A stretch of DNA of 64,000 bases from Vicinamibacteria bacterium (GTDB lineage: Bacteria > Acidobacteriota > Vicinamibacteria > Marinacidobacterales > Marinacidobacteraceae): positions 2,432,001-2,496,000 of the forward strand of contig OY821641.1 in the NCBI GenBank assembly GCA_963555995.3. Reading direction: 5' to 3'. This document shows, piece by piece, positions 58,257-64,000 of this stretch (position 1 is the stretch's first letter; every line of letters starts with the position of its first letter). The position numbers were made by a program, and so were the translations under genes. The notes under the pieces were generated by a model, which worked only from the letters and a program-made list of their open reading frames with translations, did not search any database and was not told where the DNA came from.

Positions 58257-58265
58257 TGATACAAT
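58257..58265 (+). promoter_or_regulatory. Extended -10 promoter of the korAB operon
   Basis: TG-A-TACAAT about 135 nt upstream of ATG 58400. Confidence 0.5.
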
Positions 58266-58399
58266 TTTTCGGCTTGCTTCGCGCCGCCCGCTCGCTTTTG
58301 GGGAAAACCGGACACCGCAGGACCGGGGGCGTCCGGTAAGAAACTCACCCGGAGTTCCACAGCAACAGGCTCAACCGACCAAAGGTCCCGCATTCGCAC

Positions 58400-60187
58400 A
58401 TGTCACAAGGTTTCGACTTCTCCATCGCCATCGGGGGCGCTGCCGGGCAGGGAATTGCCACGCCCGGCAACATCCTCGCCCGGATGTTCGTTCGCCGGGG
58501 ACTCCACCTCAACGCCTACAACGCCTATCAGTCCATCATCCGGGGCGGACACATCCTGCTGACCATGCGGGTCCGCGACCGGGAAGCCCTCTCGCACGGC
58601 GACCACATCCACCTGCTGCTCTGCCTGAACCAGGACACCATGACGCGCCACCTGCGTCATCTGGGCCCCGGCGCCTACGCGGTGTACAACGCCGACAACA
58701 TCACGCCGGGAGAGCACCAGGACGGCGTTCATCTCTGCGGCATGCCGGTGACCGAACTCACCGGGGACGCCAAGAACAAGCTGGCGCAGAACACGGCCGC
58801 GCTGGGGGTCATCGCCCACGTTCTGGGACTCGACTTCGAGGTCCTGGAGTCGGCGCTCACGCTCCAGTTCCAGCGGAAGGGCGAGGCGGTGGTCGCTTCC
58901 AACGTTGCGGTCGCCCGCGCCGGTTACGACTACTCGAGCGCCAACTTCACGGCGCTCGCGAACCCCCTGCCGCAGAACCCCGACCCACTCGCGGTCTGGA
59001 CCGGGAACGACGCCCTGGCGATGGGCGGAGCGGCCGCCGGTGTCAAGTTCTACTGCGCCTATCCCATGAGCCCCTCGACGGGCGTGCTCCACTGGATGGC
59101 CAGGAACGCCCGTGAACTCGGCATCATGGTGCGCCAGGTCGAGGACGAGATCGGCGTGGCCAACATGGCGGTGGGAGCGGCCCACACGGGGGCCCGCACC
59201 ATGTGCGCGACCTCGGGCGGCGGCTTCGCCCTCATGACCGAGGCCATCGGGTCGGCGGCCATGATGGAGATCCCGGTGGTCTTCATCAACGTGATGCGCG
59301 CCGGGCCCTCGACCGGAGTGCCCACCAAGACCGAGCAGGGTGACCTCTGGCAGGCGCTCGGCGCCAGCCAGGGCGATTTCGAACGGATCGTGGTCGCCCC
59401 GCAGGACGCCCACGACGCCTTCGGCACCATCGCCGAGGTGTTCAACCTGGTGGACCGCTACCAGTGCCCGGCCATCGTCCTCTCGGACCTGCTCATCTCC
59501 GAAGGCACCTTCAGCGTGCCGCCCGACGACATCGACATGTTCCCGACCATCGAGCGCGGCAAACTGATCCGCGAAGCGAACGGCGACGCCGGACCCTACA
59601 ACCGGTACCTCGATACCGCCGACGGCATCTCGCCGCGAGCGGTGCCCGGGGTTCCCGGCCATGTCCACGTGGTCGCCACCGACGAGCACGACGAGGAGGG
59701 CATCCTCATCTCGGACGAGTTCACGAACCCGATCAAGCGCCGCCAGATGGTCGAAAAGCGCGCCCGCAAGCTCGACGACTACTTCACCCGCGTCGCCGCT
59801 CCCGAGATCGAAGGGGACGAGGACGCGGAGGTCACGCTGGTGGGCTGGGGTTCCACGGCCGGCGTCATCGCGGAAGCGATGGAACAGCTCCGGGCCGACG
59901 GCGTGAAGGTCAACCGGATCGCGGTGAAGTGGATCCTGCCGTTCCACGCCGAAGCCGTCACCGAGGCGCTTTCCGGGGCGCGGAAGACCCTCATCATCGA
60001 AAACAACCACTCGGGACAGTTCCACCGCTACCTGCGGGGCGAGACCGGCATCACCGCCGACGGCCACATCCGCAAGTACGACGGCGAGCCATTCATGCCG
60101 CACCACATCGCGGACGGCGTCCGGGCCCACCTCGCGGGGGGCGTCGCCGGCGGCGTGTTCGTCCCCGATCAGGAAATCCTCGTTTAG
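58400..60187 (+). CDS. korA: 2-oxoacid:ferredoxin oxidoreductase subunit alpha
   Basis: GGAAGQG, YPMSP, EDEI, TSGGGF and R.GPSTG.PTKTEQGD motifs. Confidence 0.92.
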   Translation: MSQGFDFSIAIGGAAGQGIATPGNILARMFVRRGLHLNAYNAYQSIIRGGHILLTMRVRDREALSHGDHIHLLLCLNQDTMTRHLRHLGPGAYAVYNADNITPGEHQDGVHLCGMPVTELTGDAKNKLAQNTAALGVIAHVLGLDFEVLESALTLQFQRKGEAVVASNVAVARAGYDYSSANFTALANPLPQNPDPLAVWTGNDALAMGGAAAGVKFYCAYPMSPSTGVLHWMARNARELGIMVRQVEDEIGVANMAVGAAHTGARTMCATSGGGFALMTEAIGSAAMMEIPVVFINVMRAGPSTGVPTKTEQGDLWQALGASQGDFERIVVAPQDAHDAFGTIAEVFNLVDRYQCPAIVLSDLLISEGTFSVPPDDIDMFPTIERGKLIREANGDAGPYNRYLDTADGISPRAVPGVPGHVHVVATDEHDEEGILISDEFTNPIKRRQMVEKRARKLDDYFTRVAAPEIEGDEDAEVTLVGWGSTAGVIAEAMEQLRADGVKVNRIAVKWILPFHAEAVTEALSGARKTLIIENNHSGQFHRYLRGETGITADGHIRKYDGEPFMPHHIADGVRAHLAGGVAGGVFVPDQEILV

Positions 60188-60236
60188 GGAAATCCTCGTA
60201 CCAGGCCGCCACCGAGACCAGAACAGGAGAGCAAAC

Positions 60237-61133
60237 GTGACCATCGAGCTCAGGGAAAAGCCGCTGACCGCAAAAGACTTCAAGGGGAAGGTGGATCCCG
60301 ATTGGTGTCCCGGCTGCGGCGACTTCGCCCTGCTGCGGGCCACCCAGATGTCGGTGGCCGAACTGGGGTTGTCTCCGCACCAGATCGTGTGCGTGAGCGG
60401 CATCGGCTGTTCCTCGAACTTCCCCGGATACTTCAACTCCTACGGCATGCACACCCTCCACGGGCGGGCGCTCGCGGTGGCGACCGGCGTGAAGATGGCC
60501 AACCAGACCCTCACCGTGCTGGTCACCGGCGGAGACGGAGACGGTTACGGGATCGGCGGCAACCACTTCACGCACACCGCCCGGAGGAACGTGGACCTCA
60601 CCTACCTGGTGATGAACAACCAGATCTACGGGCTCACCACCGGACAGGTCTCGCCGAGCAGCAGCCTGGGCATGAAGACCAAGAGCACCCCGTTCGGGAA
60701 CATCGAGCGGCCGGTGAACCCGATCACGTCGGCCATCATGAACGGCGCCACCTACGTGGGGCGCGGCTTCTCCGGCAACATCAAGCAGTTGGTCCGGCTC
60801 ATCAAGGGCGCCATCGAGCACCCGGGTTTCGCGGTGATTGATGTCTTCAGTCCGTGCGTCACCTTCAACCGCGACAACACCTACGACTTCTTCCGGCAGC
60901 GGGTCGCCCCGCTGGAGGACGAGGGGCACGACCCCTCGGACTGGAAGTCGGCGTGCGAACGGGCGATGGAGTGGGACGAGCGGATCTACACCGGGCTCTT
61001 CTTCCAGGATCCGGCCGTCCAGTCGCTGCACGCGCGCGAGCCGATCCTCGACGGCGGGGCGCCCCCGGTGTCCCACGTTCCCGAGGCGATCACCCGGGAA
61101 GCGCGTGACCGCATCGTCCAGCGGATGATGTAG
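60237..61133 (+). CDS. korB: 2-oxoacid:ferredoxin oxidoreductase subunit beta
   Basis: WCPGCGD, SGIGCS, GGDGD, NNQIYGLT.GQ and SPCVTFN motifs. Confidence 0.93.
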   Translation: MTIELREKPLTAKDFKGKVDPDWCPGCGDFALLRATQMSVAELGLSPHQIVCVSGIGCSSNFPGYFNSYGMHTLHGRALAVATGVKMANQTLTVLVTGGDGDGYGIGGNHFTHTARRNVDLTYLVMNNQIYGLTTGQVSPSSSLGMKTKSTPFGNIERPVNPITSAIMNGATYVGRGFSGNIKQLVRLIKGAIEHPGFAVIDVFSPCVTFNRDNTYDFFRQRVAPLEDEGHDPSDWKSACERAMEWDERIYTGLFFQDPAVQSLHAREPILDGGAPPVSHVPEAITREARDRIVQRMM

Positions 61134-61137
61134 CGCC

Positions 61138-61320
61138 AGCAGCCTGTGGCCAAACCCACGCGGCGTTCGACGCGCGACGCATCCCGCCTGAACCGCGCCT
61201 CTACGAGGCGCTCTGCGTTGCGTTTCGGTCGGAATACACCCGGTATTCCTCCCTCACGCGCCTTGTCAGCCGGGCGCCTCGCCCGTCTCGGCGCTCACGT
61301 GGGTTTCACCACCGGCTGCT
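61138..61320. mobile_element. ~180-bp MITE-like element, copy 1
   Basis: Imperfect terminal inverted repeats AGCAGCCTGTGG..AAACCCACG / CGTGGGTTT..CCACCGGCTGCT; core hairpin GGAATAC-ACCCG-GTATTCC. Confidence 0.75.
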
Positions 61321-61350
61321 AGCGGTCTCCGGCGAGGGGACCGCAGTCGG

Positions 61351-62313
61351 ATGCGAGCCGTGCGGGCCGCCGGGACGCCTCCCGCGACCGGTCTTGGGCG
61401 CGCCGAGTTGGCGCTCGCGGTCGTCGTCCTCGCGTGGGCGTCCAGCCTCAGCATCGTCAAGTTCGGCGTCGGGCTGGGAGACCCCTACGCGTTCAACCTC
61501 GCGCGCCTTGTCCCGGCCTCCCTCGTCCTGCTCTTCGCGGTGAGCCGGACGCCGGCGCTCCGGAAGTTCGAGTGGCGCGACGCCGGCCGGGTGTTCGTGC
61601 TCGGCGTGGCCGGCCACGTGGTCTTCCAGATCGGGTTCATCCACGGAACGGACGCCTCGTCGGCCACCAGTTCGGCGCTCATCCTCGGCCTCACCCCGGT
61701 CGCCATCGCCGTGCTGGCCTGGGTGACGCGGGTCGAGCCGTTCTGCCAGCACACCGCTCTGGGCCTCGTGCTCACGATGGCGGGGATCGCGTTCGTTTCC
61801 GGGGCGGAGCCGAACCTGGGCGCCCACCTCGGCAACCTCATGCTCTTCGGCGCCATGATCGGCTGGGCCGTCTACACGGTCCGGGGAGCGGCGCTCGTCC
61901 GCAAGTACGGGGCTCTCCGGGTGACCGCCTGGAGTTCGGCGGCCGCCTCGGTCCTGCTGCTCCTTCCGAGTCCCTTCCTGCTGACCCTGGCGGACTTCCG
62001 GCAGGCGCCGGCGGAGTGGTGGTACGCCGCGCTCGTTTCCGGCCTCGCCGCCATCGGCCTCGGGAACCTGCTGTGGGTGTACGCGACCGCCCGGGTGGGT
62101 CCGACCCTCACCGGCATCTATTCGAACGTCCTCCCCATCCCTTCGGTGCTGATCTCCTGGCTGTGGCTCGGAGAGACGCTTCAGGCGGCCAAGATCATCG
62201 GGGCGGTCCTGATCATCGGGGGCATCGCTCTGGCCCGCATCCACCACGCCTGGGGGAGCGACAGCCTGCAAAGGAGGTCACGCGGCATTCGAACGGAGAT
62301 GCATCCCGGCTGA
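61351..62313 (+). CDS. DMT/EamA-family transporter
   Basis: Ten transmembrane helices in two EamA repeats, LGE.L motif; the last ~17 codons come from a MITE copy. Confidence 0.88.
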   Translation: MRAVRAAGTPPATGLGRAELALAVVVLAWASSLSIVKFGVGLGDPYAFNLARLVPASLVLLFAVSRTPALRKFEWRDAGRVFVLGVAGHVVFQIGFIHGTDASSATSSALILGLTPVAIAVLAWVTRVEPFCQHTALGLVLTMAGIAFVSGAEPNLGAHLGNLMLFGAMIGWAVYTVRGAALVRKYGALRVTAWSSAAASVLLLLPSPFLLTLADFRQAPAEWWYAALVSGLAAIGLGNLLWVYATARVGPTLTGIYSNVLPIPSVLISWLWLGETLQAAKIIGAVLIIGGIALARIHHAWGSDSLQRRSRGIRTEMHPG

Positions 62314-62624
62314 ACCACGCCGCTACGCGGCGTTCATCGTTGCGTATCGGTCGGAATACACCCGGTATTCCTCCTTGAACAGCCTGTAGTGAAACTCGCG
62401 CGGCATTCAAACGGCGATGCATCCCGCCTGAACCGCGCCTCTGCGAGGCGCTCTGCGTTGCGTTTCGGTCGGAATACACCCGGTATTCCTCCCTCACGCG
62501 CCTTGTCAGTCGGGCGCCTCGCCGTCCTCGGTGCTCACGCCAGTTCCACCACAGGCCGTTACGCGCCTTGTCAGCCGGGCGCCTCCCCGTTCTCGTTGCT
62601 CGCGTGACCTCCTCCGCAGACTGT
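62261..62624. mobile_element. MITE-like element copy 2 (62261-62377 plus 62561-62624), interrupted by copy 3
   Basis: Terminal inverted repeats ACAGCCTGCAAAGGAGGTCACGCG / CGCGTGACCTCCTCCGCAGACTGT; the core breaks after GTATTCCTCCT and resumes at ACGCGCCTTG. Confidence 0.75.
62378..62560. mobile_element. MITE-like element copy 3 (nested)
   Basis: 183 bp like copy 1 with a near-identical core; ends AACAGCCTGTAGTGAAACT / AGTTCCACCACAGGCCGTT. Confidence 0.75.
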
Positions 62625-62718
62625 AAAATTGCCGACCGGGTAACGGCCTGAGCGGCCGCTGACGAAAAGAACCCGACAACCATTCGCGACGGACGCCAGG
62701 TCCGTTCAGGAGACTGGA

Positions 62719-63597
62719 ATGAGCACGGAATTCCGACTGAAGACGGGTCTCGCCGACATGCTGAAGGGCGGCGCGATCATGGACGTCACCAACGCCGAGC
62801 AGGCGCGGATCGCCGAAGACGCCGGCGCGGTGAGCGTGATGGCCCTGGAGCGGGTGCCGGCCGACATCCGCCGGGACGGCGGCGTGGCCCGGATGTCCTC
62901 CCCGGAGAAGATCCGGGAGATCATCGAGTCGGTGAGCATCCCGGTCATGGCCAAGGTGCGCATCGGCCACTTCGTGGAGGCGCAGATCCTTCAGGAAATG
63001 GGCGTGGACTTCGTGGACGAGAGCGAAGTGCTGACCCCGGCCGACGAGGAGAACCACATTGACAAGCACGCGTTCGAAGTGCCCTTCGTGTGCGGCTGCC
63101 GCAACCTCGGCGAGGCCCTCCGCCGGATCGGCGAGGGGGCGGCGCTCATCCGCACCAAGGGCGAGGCCGGCTCCGGAAACATCGTGGAGGCCGTGCGGCA
63201 CCTGCGCCAGATCGGCAACGAACTCCGCCGGCTCACGATCCTGACCGACGACGAACTCATGTCCGCCGCCAAGGAACTCCGCGCTCCTTACGAGATCGTG
63301 CGGATGGTGGCGCGCGACGGACGGCTCCCGGTCCCGAACTTCGCGGCCGGAGGCGTGGCGACGCCGGCCGACGCCGCGCTCTGCATGCAGCTCGGCGCGG
63401 AGTCCGTCTTCGTGGGGTCCGGGATCTTCAAGTCAACGGATCCCGAACTGCGGGCCAAGGCCATCGTGAAAGCGGTAACCCACTACCGCGACCCGGCCAT
63501 GCTGGTCCAGGTCTCCATGGGCCTCGGCGAGCCGATGCGGGGCCTCGACATCGCTACCATGCCGGAGGAAGAGTTGCTGCAGACCCGCGGCAACTAG
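62719..63597 (+). CDS. pdxS: Pyridoxal 5'-phosphate synthase lyase subunit
   Basis: [35 protein letters not shown] and [13 protein letters not shown] motifs. Confidence 0.97.
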   Translation: MSTEFRLKTGLADMLKGGAIMDVTNAEQARIAEDAGAVSVMALERVPADIRRDGGVARMSSPEKIREIIESVSIPVMAKVRIGHFVEAQILQEMGVDFVDESEVLTPADEENHIDKHAFEVPFVCGCRNLGEALRRIGEGAALIRTKGEAGSGNIVEAVRHLRQIGNELRRLTILTDDELMSAAKELRAPYEIVRMVARDGRLPVPNFAAGGVATPADAALCMQLGAESVFVGSGIFKSTDPELRAKAIVKAVTHYRDPAMLVQVSMGLGEPMRGLDIATMPEEELLQTRGN

Positions 63598-63770
63598 TGC
63601 GGTGTCCCACAAATCCTGCGGTATTCGAGCGGCGATGCATCCCGCCTGACCGCTTCGCTCGGCGTTCCGAATCCATCGGAATACACTCGGTATTCCTCTG
63701 GATTCGCGCCTTGTCAGGCAGGCGCCTCGCCGCTCTCGATAACTCACAGGATTTGCGGGACACCACACTA
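63595..63770. mobile_element. MITE-like element copy 4 with different termini
   Basis: Terminal inverted repeats TAGTGCGGTGTCCCACAAATCCTG / CAGGATTTGCGGGACACCACACTA; shared GCATCCCGCCTGA, GGAATAC..GTATTCC and CGCGCCTTGTCAG core. Confidence 0.72.
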
Positions 63771-63870
63771 AATTCTGCAAGATCCCTCCCGGGTTCGGTG
63801 GATCCCGGGGTCGGCGTCGCTGCCCGCCAGCGTGCGTCAGGGTGACCTGTTTTCCGCGTTCGAGGTGACC

Positions 63871-64000
63871 ATGGGAGCGATTCCCGAAGCGACGACCGCC
63901 GGTGCCCGGCCGGGGTCCGCCCCGTCGCCCTCGCCGCCGCGCATCGGCGTGCTGGCGCTCCAGGGGAGCTTTGCGCTCCACGCCGCCGCCCTGTGCCGGC
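63871..64000 (+). CDS. pdxT: PLP synthase glutaminase subunit, 3'-truncated at the window edge
   Basis: RIGVLALQGSF..H motif directly downstream of pdxS. Confidence 0.88.
   Translation, partial: MGAIPEATTAGARPGSAPSPSPPRIGVLALQGSFALHAAALCR

Noticed and set aside
62635-62680. Hammerhead-like CTGACGA..AAA or a riboswitch upstream of pdxS
   Set aside because: No stem II between CTGANGA and GAAA and no other consensus motif; only a short hairpin

Overview
High-GC (roughly 70% by eye) bacterial chromosomal window, most likely Acidobacteriota; that call is an inference from the DUF1592-DUF1552-ankyrin operon, DUF1844-ribF, icmF and the repeat types. It is mostly housekeeping genes: ku plus a stand-alone ATP-dependent ligase, clpB, kbl, queG, fprA, a cystathionine synthase/lyase, tRNA Gly-Cys-Leu, yraN, cysS, an RsbV/W/U-like module, ribF, mazG, comEC, birA, icmF, HU/IHF, rpsA, korAB and pdxST. 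It also carries an ECF sigma/anti-sigma-led operon with two RND pumps and a small accessory stretch (about 21.3-28.6 kb) holding an N6-adenine methyltransferase with a probable restriction-enzyme remnant and an AbiEi/AbiEii toxin-antitoxin pair. The most notable unexplained signals are: (1) five degenerate 15-bp repeats with unique 16-18-nt spacers (period 31-33 bp) just before queG, with a 3x32-bp tandem repeat on the other side of the gene; (2) a ~180-bp structured miniature element with a shared core but different terminal inverted repeats, one copy nested inside another; (3) an apparent window-wide avoidance of RTCGAY hexamers, visible as rare ATT/ATA codons before Asp; (4) a clpB gene whose only in-frame ATG is followed by an amber codon. 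Protein family calls come from motif recognition, not database searches.
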